A stretch of 64,000 nt of DNA from Pseudobdellovibrionaceae bacterium (GCA_039810425.1 JBDHWW010000003.1:4121-68120), one strand, 5' to 3'. Positions 36,161 to 44,428 are shown, counted from the stretch's first letter. The notes: generated by a model not told the origin, from the letters alone. A program made the numbers and translations.

Positions 36161-37429
36161 TTATTTTTCAGGTGGGAACGTCACCAGCCGTCCATCAAAC
36201 ATAAGCTCGTGTAGTTTTTGCCCCGAAAAGACCGTGTATGTCTCGCCGAGAGCCGCTCCAGGAAATGAATGATAGTCCAGGATGTCGCCTTTGAGGGCAG
36301 GGATTTTTGCTTTCATGCTTTCCGTGAGGGCGCGCTGATTATCCCAGAAAGAAGTTTTCGCCACCGGTGAATCACTACCGAAATAAAGCGGAATTCCCGA
36401 GCGAGACAAAGTCCCCCACGGGAATGCGTGCTTGTAAAGATCACCAAGCTTTTCTTTGAGCCACGCTTTATCACTGAGCCAGTGACATGGCTGCATATGG
36501 CAACGCACATGAAGAGCTTTCATCATCAGAACAGTTTCAGGTCGCAAGACCTCAACATGCTCTAAGTTTAGCCAGCCTGTGTATTGGTTCGTCGCCATGA
36601 CTTTTCTTGCCGCAAGTACGACTTGATGAGCCGCTTCATCGCCAATCGTGTGAACAGCGACCTCAAAGCCCTTCCCCCAGGCTTGCCGGAAAAGAGTCTC
36701 TAAATCTGAAGACGTCCATGAAAATTTATGATGAACGCAGTTGCACTGAGAAAGCCATGCGGTGTCTGAGCCCAAAGTGCCATCGAAGAAAATTTTAATT
36801 CCCTGCGCTTTTAGATGAGGTGTTTCTTGCCTCTTTGCCATCTCTAGCAGCTCTAAAACGCGATCAATGTCTTTCGGTTGCCCGCAGAGAAAGTTCTCTT
36901 GAACGTAAAGAGTCAGCTCGCCAGCCCTATCGAGCGCCAAAGCCACACGCCATTGCTGCTCATCGCAAGTCATATCACGAATATGTGTGAAGCCGGCACG
37001 ATTGAAAATCTCGCAGCCTTTTTTCAGTGATTGACGGATTTGCTGGTCAGAAAGTTTCGGTAAAGCGTAGTAAGCTTTAAAATGGTCTTCTTCGAGAAGA
37101 ATTCCGGAGTGGCTGCACTCGAAACCCAGTTGATCTAGCGCAATTGAATTCAGCCAAGAACAATGACCATCCGCACGCTGAAGCATCACTGGAAAATCCG
37201 GGAAGACGCGATCGAGGAGCTCTTTAGCTGGAAGTTTTTTATCAGACCACTTATGATGATCCCAGCCAAAGCCGACGAGCCAATTGCCGCGGAAGAACTC
37301 CGGCTTTACCGCGATCGCAGAAACGTCTTCGGGCTTTTGCAGATCAAAGAGCGGCAACCCGACGGCGATCTGTCCGGTGCCGAGCCAATGAATATGGGAG
37401 TCATAAAGACGCGGAATCTTTAAAAGCAT
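36161..37429 (-). CDS. metal-dependent amidohydrolase (Amidohydro_3/YtcJ-like)
   Basis: N-terminal DSHIHWLG metal-binding HxH motif, internal ...VAVHTIGDEA... and ...FGSDSPV... motifs typical of the TIM-barrel amidohydrolase superfamily. Zero-nt convergent junction with the gene ending at 36160. Confidence 0.75.
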   Translation of the reverse strand: MLLKIPRLYDSHIHWLGTGQIAVGLPLFDLQKPEDVSAIAVKPEFFRGNWLVGFGWDHHKWSDKKLPAKELLDRVFPDFPVMLQRADGHCSWLNSIALDQLGFECSHSGILLEEDHFKAYYALPKLSDQQIRQSLKKGCEIFNRAGFTHIRDMTCDEQQWRVALALDRAGELTLYVQENFLCGQPKDIDRVLELLEMAKRQETPHLKAQGIKIFFDGTLGSDTAWLSQCNCVHHKFSWTSSDLETLFRQAWGKGFEVAVHTIGDEAAHQVVLAARKVMATNQYTGWLNLEHVEVLRPETVLMMKALHVRCHMQPCHWLSDKAWLKEKLGDLYKHAFPWGTLSRSGIPLYFGSDSPVAKTSFWDNQRALTESMKAKIPALKGDILDYHSFPGAALGETYTVFSGQKLHELMFDGRLVTFPPEK

Positions 37430-37430
37430 A

Positions 37431-37466
37431 AGCCCCTCTGTTTTAGCAGAGAGGCTTCGTTTTTTT
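37431..37466. terminator. hairpin between the Gly/Met-rich gene and the amidohydrolase gene
   Basis: AGCCCCTCTG-ttttag-CAGAGAGGCT (1 mismatch). The T7 tract is on the + side and there is only a weak U-tract on the minus side. It lies 19 nt after the 37485 stop and directly upstream of the amidohydrolase ATG. Confidence 0.4.
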
Positions 37467-37484
37467 AAGCACTAATTTTGTAAA

Positions 37485-39212
37485 CTATCGGCTACCGGCT
37501 GGGATTACGACGCCACCGCCAGTTCCTGTGGCTGGAAGGACACCCGTTCCAGTGTTTACACCATTGCCCGGAGCCGGGATTGGAATGTTCGGATTACCCG
37601 TGCCACCAATTGTGTTGAACCCGCCACCGATGTTGAAACCACCACTAACTCCAAGGCTTGTGCCGTAAGAGCCGTAACCGTATTGAACTTGTTGGATTCT
37701 GTACATCAAGTTGTAAAGCTCAGATTGTAATCCCGCCATTGTCTGCTGACGAGCCATCTGATTTTGCATTTGCTGTTGATATTGTTGCATGTAGAGCTGG
37801 GTTTGCTGCTGTTGCATTTGCATCATTGCTTGCTGCATTTGCATTGAGCCCAAGCTGCCATCCATTCCACCCATACCGTATGGATTCATCATTCCACCCA
37901 TACCGTACGGATTCATCATTCCACCCATACCGTACGGATTCATCATTCCACCCATACCGTATGGATTCATCATTCCACCCATACCGTATGGATTCATCAT
38001 TCCACCACCCATACCGTACGGATTCATCATTCCACCACCTAAGCCACCATAGATGCCGCCGCCGATGCCGCCGCCCCAAGGACCCATACCACCAGCGTAC
38101 ATGCCGCCGCCATAGGGCGCACCAAACATTCCAGATGGATATCCGAAAGCACCACCGCCCATACCGCCATAGATGCCACCGCCTATGTTAGCACCGCCGC
38201 AGCCAAATGCACCCCCGCCAATACCGCCACCCAAAGCTCCGTACAAGCCGTTCGCTAAAAATGGAAGGCCATAGCCCCATGTAGGATAAGACTGGCTTTG
38301 CCAGCCAGCCGCTGAGTTGTATTGAGCCACCATTTTGTTTTGTTGGTAACCCATATACATTGCAAGCAAACCCGTACCCACATTTGCCGCAACACCCGCC
38401 CAGTTTGGCGCTTGTCTTTCGCCGCGATAACCATTGCCGGCCGCGAGACAAGTCAAACAAATCTCACTTTCGGTGCCAGCCTGACGGTCTTCCTTGTAAC
38501 GTTGTTTTGCATCACGCAAAAGCTCTGGCAACTGACTTTTGTAGTCAGCGATACTGCTCTCAGAACGCTTGATGTCAGTTTCTGTTCTCTCCAAATCTGC
38601 TGTGTCCTTACGATACGAATCTAAAGCATCCTTACAATTCTTCGGAGAAGATCCGCCGCGATCTGACGCTGCATAGCCCGGAGTTGTACAAACTGCCGCA
38701 TTGATAACGCCTTTACCTGGCTGGCAAACCGCCTGCCATTGTTTCGGGGAAAAACCTGCCGGTGCTTTCATGAGGCTCTTTTGAGCCCCGCCATCAGCGG
38801 GTGGAAGATCATGACCATCCTCTTCAACTTGAATGCGAGTTTTTACCGGTCTAACATCACCAGTGTCATACTCTTCGCACGTGCGAAGGTTATCGATATG
38901 CTCAGTGATAGCAGAAGTGTATTTCGAATCGATCGTTTTCTCGATCATTTGGCGTGACTTGTCGAGACTTTTTTTAAGATTGCGACGCTTGCGATTCAGC
39001 TCGTTAAGTTTTGCTTTTTCTTCCGACTCAGCCTTCTTTACATCATTGTACTCATCGAGGTAGCTGGCAGCACCGTCACCTGCAGAGACATTGTAGGGGC
39101 ATGATTGTTGACCCATGATGATCCCGGCTCCCCCCATCTGTGCATTTGCAGATACCGCAAATAACGTTACGGAAGACACCGCAAGTATCGCTAATCGCTT
39201 TCCGAATTTCAT
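37485..39212 (-). CDS. secreted protein with a Cys-containing charged N-domain and an extreme Gly/Met/Tyr/Gln low-complexity C-domain
   Basis: Signal peptide MKFGKRLAILAVSSVTLFAVSANA. The C-terminal ~275 aa are GGGIGGGAFG..., then six copies of MMNPYGM(G)GG, then MQMQQAMMQMQQQQTQLYMQQYQQQMQNQM, then a G/N/T/P-rich end. Confidence 0.85.
   Translation of the reverse strand: MKFGKRLAILAVSSVTLFAVSANAQMGGAGIIMGQQSCPYNVSAGDGAASYLDEYNDVKKAESEEKAKLNELNRKRRNLKKSLDKSRQMIEKTIDSKYTSAITEHIDNLRTCEEYDTGDVRPVKTRIQVEEDGHDLPPADGGAQKSLMKAPAGFSPKQWQAVCQPGKGVINAAVCTTPGYAASDRGGSSPKNCKDALDSYRKDTADLERTETDIKRSESSIADYKSQLPELLRDAKQRYKEDRQAGTESEICLTCLAAGNGYRGERQAPNWAGVAANVGTGLLAMYMGYQQNKMVAQYNSAAGWQSQSYPTWGYGLPFLANGLYGALGGGIGGGAFGCGGANIGGGIYGGMGGGAFGYPSGMFGAPYGGGMYAGGMGPWGGGIGGGIYGGLGGGMMNPYGMGGGMMNPYGMGGMMNPYGMGGMMNPYGMGGMMNPYGMGGMMNPYGMGGMDGSLGSMQMQQAMMQMQQQQTQLYMQQYQQQMQNQMARQQTMAGLQSELYNLMYRIQQVQYGYGSYGTSLGVSGGFNIGGGFNTIGGTGNPNIPIPAPGNGVNTGTGVLPATGTGGGVVIPAGSR
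37867..38031 (-). repeat. coding tandem repeat: five 27-bp units plus one 30-bp unit
   Basis: The unit is CCACCCATACCGTAYGGATTCATCATT (+ strand). Copies differ only at one synonymous Pro-codon position. It encodes GMGGMMNPY. Confidence 0.95.
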
Positions 39213-39254
39213 ATTCGCTCTCCTGAAACAAAAATGTACACTACTTCATTCAAC

Positions 39255-39282
39255 GTATCGTCAGGAGAAGACCGAGACTTGA
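39255..39282 (-). promoter_or_regulatory. weak candidate sigma-28-like promoter for the Gly/Met-rich gene
   Basis: The minus strand reads TCAAGTCT-N12-GACGATAC, against TCAAGTTT-N11-GCCGATAC at 44402..44428. The spacer is 1 nt longer and the -10 has 2 mismatches. It overlaps the palindrome TTGACTA-N5-TAGTCAA (39279..39297). Confidence 0.25.
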
Positions 39283-39386
39283 CTATCTTTTAGTCAAACT
39301 CGAGGAGGGTTTGTATAAACTGGACCTACATCCTTGTGAAGTCGTCATCCGTGACAAGCTTACTTTCCAATTCTACACTAAGTTTT

Positions 39387-40493
39387 ATGGCGAAGCATAC
39401 AATTCTTTGCGTGGACGATGAACTAGACAATGTGGATGCGCTGGAGAGACTCTTTCGCAAGAACTATACAGTACTAAAGGCCACGTCTGGAGCACAGGGG
39501 TTGGAAGTCCTAGCCGAAAATCCAGGCGTTGCCCTGATAATCTCGGATCAAAGAATGCCGAGCATGACCGGCGTTGAGTTCCTTGAAAAGACCCAGCGCA
39601 CCCATCCTGAAGCGCTCCGCATTCTCCTCACCGGTTATACGGACATCGAATCTGTGATTCAAGCCGTGAACCAGGGACAGATTTACCGTTACCTTACGAA
39701 GCCGTGGGATTCGAATGACCTTCTGAACACCGTCGCAACAGCAACTCAGAAATATGAAATGGCGAAAGAGCTCAAAAAGAAAAACTTCGAGCTCGCTAAA
39801 GCCTTAAACGAATTGAAGAGCCTCGACAGGGCAAAAAGTAATTTCATGATTTTGATTAACCACGAGCTGAAAACTCCACTGACTTCGATCATCAGCTTTA
39901 TCGGTCTTCTGAATGAAACACAGATGGATGACGAGCAGAAACTTTTCGTCAATCGCATCTCGCGCGGTGCTGATAAATTAAAATCCATCATCGATGACGT
40001 ATTATTGATCGTGCGCGCTGAGACCAACCAATTAAAAGTGAGTTTGTCACCAGTGTCGTTTACAGGCGTACAAAACCTGCTAAATCCGGAAGTCAGCAAT
40101 GTCCTTCAATACAAGCACCAGACGCTGATAGAAAAGAACCTGGCAGTGACAGCCGCAGCCGATAAGGATTTAATCCGCCAAGTTCTCAACAGACTCGTCC
40201 ACAACGCCGCGAAGTTTGGCTCCGACAATAGCGAAATTTTTATTGAGGCATCCATGGCCGGCGACCGGCAAATTATTTATTCAGTAACGAATACGGGACC
40301 GCAAATCGAAACGCCGATGATTGAGAAAATCCTGCGCCCGTTCTTCATTGATGAAGACGTCATGAATCATTCAACGGGCATGGGTTTAGGGCTCAGTATT
40401 TGCCAATCCATCTTGGGGTTGCATCAATCGAAACTACGAATCGAAAACACAGACGAAGGTGTCCGTGTCTCTTTCAATCTACCGGCTGCCTAG
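39387..40493 (+). CDS. hybrid REC - HisKA - HATPase_c protein (receiver-first histidine kinase, no sensor domain)
   Basis: REC domain: ILCVDDELDNVDAL...IISDQRMPSMTG...YLTKPW. H-box FMILINHELKTPLTSI. ATPase motifs NAAKFG and GMGLGLSICQSI. ATG at 39387. The track GTG at 39336 is rejected. Confidence 0.85.
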   Translation: MAKHTILCVDDELDNVDALERLFRKNYTVLKATSGAQGLEVLAENPGVALIISDQRMPSMTGVEFLEKTQRTHPEALRILLTGYTDIESVIQAVNQGQIYRYLTKPWDSNDLLNTVATATQKYEMAKELKKKNFELAKALNELKSLDRAKSNFMILINHELKTPLTSIISFIGLLNETQMDDEQKLFVNRISRGADKLKSIIDDVLLIVRAETNQLKVSLSPVSFTGVQNLLNPEVSNVLQYKHQTLIEKNLAVTAAADKDLIRQVLNRLVHNAAKFGSDNSEIFIEASMAGDRQIIYSVTNTGPQIETPMIEKILRPFFIDEDVMNHSTGMGLGLSICQSILGLHQSKLRIENTDEGVRVSFNLPAA

Positions 40494-41374
40494 CGGCTGA
40501 CTGCCTTCATTCTTAAATATCGTTCAGACTTCGGCACAAAAGGCTTTAGAGGTGTTGCCATGGACTTCGCCAGATTGATTCCGAGCTCCATGCCCGAGAA
40601 AGCTTGCTGTGCCGTTAAGAAATGCTTCTCCGCCCCGTAAAACGTAAAGGATGAGAAAGACGGGCCTGATTTGTAACCGGCACCTTCTTTCTTAATCTGA
40701 TCTTGCAAAAATCCATTTGGTGTCAGCAATGCCAAGTCCCAACCGAGCGCCTGAGCCCAGCGCTTTTCTTCGTCACTAGAAACGGCGGTGAGCTCCACAC
40801 CACGAAGGACTTGCTTACCACTCGCAGTCGTCATTTTTAAGAGGCCGTAAACTCCGTAATGAATTGCCGAGAGCATTTTATTTTGTTCCCAAAAATCTTT
40901 TAGCAGGCGTTTTAGGTCTCCGTTTCCCGGCAGATCATACATTGCCGCCATACCGCCCGCGATCAGTATTGAGGAGTAATCTTTGGCCTGAACCGCTGAA
41001 AGCTTTTTCGTGCTCGTCAGCTTTGCAACTGCATTTTCATCGCTCAGAAATCCCCGAGTGAGAGCATCATCAGCATTCATTGCATTGAGATTACGTGGAT
41101 CGCTTTTCTGTTCAATCGGTACGGCACCACCTTGCGGACTCGCGAAATCCACTTCATAGCCTGCGTTTAGCAATGCAAAGTATGGATGAACCGCGTCCGG
41201 CAGCCACACCCCCGTTTTGATCTGGCTGCTCCCCAGTTGCGCCCGGCTCGACAACACGATCAAGACTTTCCCTTTCGATATGAGAAATGTATTACGAATC
41301 TCCGCATAGGCAGTCACGACCAGTACGGAAATACCAAGCACTGCAAGAATCGACTTTAGAATCAGGGGTTTCAT
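40490..41374 (-). CDS. periplasmic DJ-1/PfpI (class I glutamine-amidotransferase-like) protein, apparently lacking the nucleophile Cys
   Basis: Signal peptide MKPLILKSILAVLGISVLVVTAYA with an AAAGGAG RBS. The fold pattern is KVLIVLSS...GYEVDFASPQGG...YSSILIAGGMAAMYDL. Where family members have A-I-C-H-G, this protein reads SAIHYG. Confidence 0.55.
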   Translation of the reverse strand: MKPLILKSILAVLGISVLVVTAYAEIRNTFLISKGKVLIVLSSRAQLGSSQIKTGVWLPDAVHPYFALLNAGYEVDFASPQGGAVPIEQKSDPRNLNAMNADDALTRGFLSDENAVAKLTSTKKLSAVQAKDYSSILIAGGMAAMYDLPGNGDLKRLLKDFWEQNKMLSAIHYGVYGLLKMTTASGKQVLRGVELTAVSSDEEKRWAQALGWDLALLTPNGFLQDQIKKEGAGYKSGPSFSSFTFYGAEKHFLTAQQAFSGMELGINLAKSMATPLKPFVPKSERYLRMKAVSR

Positions 41375-41578
41375 CGGCGGCTCCTTTAAATGAGGCTCTA
41401 GGATCGCCAATATCCTGTTTGCTTGCGACCCAACAGTCTTCCGATTTTGTGAAATTACCTTCCAAGCACGGACCACCGGATCTTAAAATCCGAATTTGGG
41501 ATGCCGACGCCGCTAGAAGGACATTTGAGTCCAGCCCCGTTTTTGCTGAGAGCATTCTTTATGTCCAGCGAGGTGGTT

Positions 41579-42889
41579 ATGAGGAGCGGGGTCTTCGTCT
41601 TATTATGGATTTGTTTACAGGCTTCCACAGGCAATGCTGAGTCTTTGGTTTTAAAAATTGGCGAAGACTATCGTTTGCCCATTCCTTCAAACCACCGGGT
41701 TTGGGTTCAAAACCGCAAGCTTCTGAGTATTTCTACCCAGGGTGGTTTCGTTATTTTAAACGGCCTGAACGAGGGCCAAACCACCCTGCAAGTGGGAGGC
41801 AAAGGTTACCAAGTTCAAGTGATTCAACCGTTAAAAAGGAACTTGCTGCAAAACTTCGAGAAAGAACTGCGCAATGTCCTCGGCCTTAAAATTCAAATCA
41901 AAAAATACCAAGTCACGGTGACCGGCAAGATCTATCGCTGGGAAGACTGGCAGCTCCTCGCCAAAATCAGCGAAGACACCGGCGTCAGTTATGCGATGAG
42001 TGCTGAAATTCCACCGAGCCTGCAGGCAAAAGCGCTGGCTGCTTGGCAACAAGAGTTTGATCGCGCAGGCCTTGCAGCCCTGCCCGTGCATTTTGCTCGT
42101 CCTTTGCAAGCTCGAAGCGCCGTGGACCCGCAACTCTTTGCCAAATACTCAGATATCCTAGGGCCTTACGGCATTGTGCTTGAAAAAGATGCGCAGGCGT
42201 TGGATATGGCTCCCGTCGTAAAGGTTCAAATCACGGTGGCTGAAGTTCGCAGGGACTTTGCGCAGAAATATGGTCTTCAATGGCCGGCCAGCTACTCCGC
42301 CAAGGTTTTGTCCAACGGGCAAACAGAGTTTGAAGATGTCATCTTCGCGGCCCAAGCGTTTGAACAACAAGGCCGCGGCAAAATCCTCGCAAGCCCGAAT
42401 CTGATCTGTCGAAGCGGCAAAGAAGCGGAATTTCTCGCGGGCGGAGAGTTTCCGATCAAAATTTCCAACTATAAAACGCAGGATGTCGTTTGGAAAAAGT
42501 ACGGGATCCTCTTAAAGGTGCGACCCAAGGCGGACTCTTCCGGGCGCATGAGCATTGGTATTGAAACCGAAGTATCCACCATCGACAATAGCCGGACGGT
42601 TGAAGGCATTCCGGGGCTCTTGACGAACCGAATCTCTTCGCACTTTGATCTGAGCCGTTCGCAGACAATCGTCCTTTCAGGGCTGATTAAAAACGAAGAA
42701 GGCAAATCCACAGAGGGCCTTCCGGGCCTCAGCCGTATTCCCGTTTTGGGAGCGCTCTTTGGCAGCCGTGACTTCAAGGAAAATCGCACGGAATTAGTGA
42801 TTCTTGTTCGCCCGTCGGTTGTGCGTGAAAATACCATGGCCGAAAGCGTGGATTCGTCTCAGCACCTTGGAGATATCAAACATGATTGA
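41579..42889 (+). CDS. cpaC: Tad/Flp pilus secretin CpaC/RcpA
   Basis: The C-terminus GLPGLSRIPVLGALFGSRDFKENRTELVILVRPSVV is the secretin signature. BON/N-domain-like upstream region. ATG at 41579 has a GAGGTGG RBS and the signal peptide MRSGVFVLLWICLQASTGNA. Confidence 0.85.
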   Translation: MRSGVFVLLWICLQASTGNAESLVLKIGEDYRLPIPSNHRVWVQNRKLLSISTQGGFVILNGLNEGQTTLQVGGKGYQVQVIQPLKRNLLQNFEKELRNVLGLKIQIKKYQVTVTGKIYRWEDWQLLAKISEDTGVSYAMSAEIPPSLQAKALAAWQQEFDRAGLAALPVHFARPLQARSAVDPQLFAKYSDILGPYGIVLEKDAQALDMAPVVKVQITVAEVRRDFAQKYGLQWPASYSAKVLSNGQTEFEDVIFAAQAFEQQGRGKILASPNLICRSGKEAEFLAGGEFPIKISNYKTQDVVWKKYGILLKVRPKADSSGRMSIGIETEVSTIDNSRTVEGIPGLLTNRISSHFDLSRSQTIVLSGLIKNEEGKSTEGLPGLSRIPVLGALFGSRDFKENRTELVILVRPSVVRENTMAESVDSSQHLGDIKHD

Positions 42890-43985
42890 GCAGTTCCGAG
42901 CGGCCTTCGCTAAAACCCAGCAGCACCTTCACGAAGCCGCCGACCGTGGCTACGGCCATGAGGAGTTTTGGCGCACACAAAACTCTGAAAAGTTCCGTGA
43001 GGCCCTCGAAGCCAGCCTGCACAATGAAGCTCCTGAAACACAAAAGCGGCTGACCGCTGAGTATTTTACCTATGGCCCACTTGATCATTTATTTGCTGAC
43101 GAAAACATCACAGAAATACTGGTGAACGGTCCTGAGTCGATCTGGTTTGAAAAAGACGGACGCCTACAGAGGCATCAGGATCTTTTTCTCTCAGACTCTA
43201 GTTACAATAATGCCCTTCACCGTCTTTGTGAAAAATCTCAATGCCAAAGCACCGTGGAACACCCAGCAGCCACGGGATTCTTTGATGAGTTTAGACTCAC
43301 TCTCGTTCGACAAGAACTCACCCGGAATCATCATCATTTGTCCCTACGACGACATCCGAAGAATCCTTGGACGTTGGAACGGTTGCTGAGTTGCGGCTGG
43401 GCTTCAGAGTCTGAGATTCTAGTACTTCGCGATTTGATGAATCGTCAGCAGAACTTTCTCATTGTCGGCAGCACCGGCAGTGGTAAGACGTCGCTCATCA
43501 ATGCTCTTCTACAGAGTATGCCCACAAATGAGCGGGCGATTGTCATCGAGGATACTCCGGAAATTGAGCTCCCGAACCCTGCGTGTATGAAGATGGTCAC
43601 GCGCGAAGATCCTCAGGGCGTTTTGAAGAGTGTGACTCAAAGTGACCTCCTCAGGCACTCGCTGCGGCTTCGACCTGATCGCATTATAATGGGTGAAATC
43701 CGCGGCCCGGAAGCAAAAGATCTTCTGATGGCTTTAGCCACCGGTCACGGAGGGAGTTTCGGGACTTTGCACGCGAGTGATCCTCGTCAGGCTCTGATTC
43801 GGCTCGAGATGCTGATTCAGATGGGTGCCCCGCAATGGAATCTGCAAGCCGTACGAAGGCTCATACATTTGAGCTTAAACTGTATTTTAGTCGTAGAGAA
43901 AACGCCCGAAGGAAAAAGAAAATTCCAGGGAGCATATAAGATATGTTCCCTGGAAGAAAATGGCTTTTTAGTCGAAAAGATTTAG
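42882..43985 (+). CDS. cpaF: Tad/Flp pilus ATPase CpaF/TadA
   Basis: Walker A GSTGSGKTS, Asp box AIVIEDTPEI, Walker B RPDRIIMGEIRGPEA and His box TGHGGSFGTLHA. 8-nt overlap with cpaC. Confidence 0.9.
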   Translation: MIEQFRAAFAKTQQHLHEAADRGYGHEEFWRTQNSEKFREALEASLHNEAPETQKRLTAEYFTYGPLDHLFADENITEILVNGPESIWFEKDGRLQRHQDLFLSDSSYNNALHRLCEKSQCQSTVEHPAATGFFDEFRLTLVRQELTRNHHHLSLRRHPKNPWTLERLLSCGWASESEILVLRDLMNRQQNFLIVGSTGSGKTSLINALLQSMPTNERAIVIEDTPEIELPNPACMKMVTREDPQGVLKSVTQSDLLRHSLRLRPDRIIMGEIRGPEAKDLLMALATGHGGSFGTLHASDPRQALIRLEMLIQMGAPQWNLQAVRRLIHLSLNCILVVEKTPEGKRKFQGAYKICSLEENGFLVEKI

Positions 43986-43988
43986 ACA

Positions 43989-44348
43989 CTATCTCTCGGT
44001 TGGCACACTCTGGTAGTTCGAGTTTTGCTCGATATTTTTGAGAGTCTCTTCTGAGAAGGTACCTTCATCTTCTTGCACAGCGCTGCGTGGATTGAAGAAC
44101 TTCTCTGCAATGTCTTCAACTGCTTTCGCGCGAGCGCTTTCTTTGCTTGCATTCTTGTATGTTGCTATCGGTTCCGGGGAGCGATTGTTCGCAAGCGAAC
44201 TGAGACTCACGCGGTCCTGTACATCTAAAGAGCGGCTCTGAATAGGGCGGCCAAACTCCGGAGCCCCCGGACGCACCGGTTGATTGCTCCCGATGTCTAC
44301 TGTCGTAACCCGTCTGCTGGGCGGAAGAATGCGGCTGATCTTTTCCAT
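43989..44348 (-). CDS. small sigma-28-dependent protein, FlgM-like (anti-sigma-28) candidate
   Basis: 119 aa, unstructured-looking, with ...DRVSLSSLA... and ...ARAKAVEDIAEKF... loosely like FlgM. GGAGGTG RBS. A near-consensus FliA promoter lies upstream. Confidence 0.45.
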   Translation of the reverse strand: MEKISRILPPSRRVTTVDIGSNQPVRPGAPEFGRPIQSRSLDVQDRVSLSSLANNRSPEPIATYKNASKESARAKAVEDIAEKFFNPRSAVQEDEGTFSEETLKNIEQNSNYQSVPTER

Positions 44349-44401
44349 CTCTCACCTCCGTGTGGAGACTGTTTCTATGAGCCATCCTAGCTCATAACTC
44401 C

Positions 44402-44428
44402 GTATCGGCTTGAGACGTTCAAACTTGA
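44402..44428 (-). promoter_or_regulatory. sigma-28 (FliA) promoter
   Basis: The minus strand reads TCAAGTTT-N11-GCCGATAC against the consensus TAAAGTTT-N11-GCCGATAA. It lies about 55 nt upstream of ATG 44348. Confidence 0.65.

Noticed and set aside
37867-38031. Possible CRISPR array, because of regularly spaced 27-bp repeats
   Set aside because: The units are contiguous with no spacers, lie in-frame inside a CDS, and no cas genes are present. This is a coding tandem repeat.
37658-38191. 177-aa + strand ORF with its own HPYRMDSSF repeats
   Set aside because: It is simply the antisense reading of the 27-bp tandem repeat. The minus-strand gene has a signal peptide, an RBS and a continuous 575-aa frame.
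36155-41500. The four-gene insert in the Tad locus as a mobile element
   Set aside because: I found no transposase, integrase, terminal inverted repeats or target-site duplication at 36160/36161 or about 41480. I keep it as an insert/module of unknown origin rather than calling it a mobile element.
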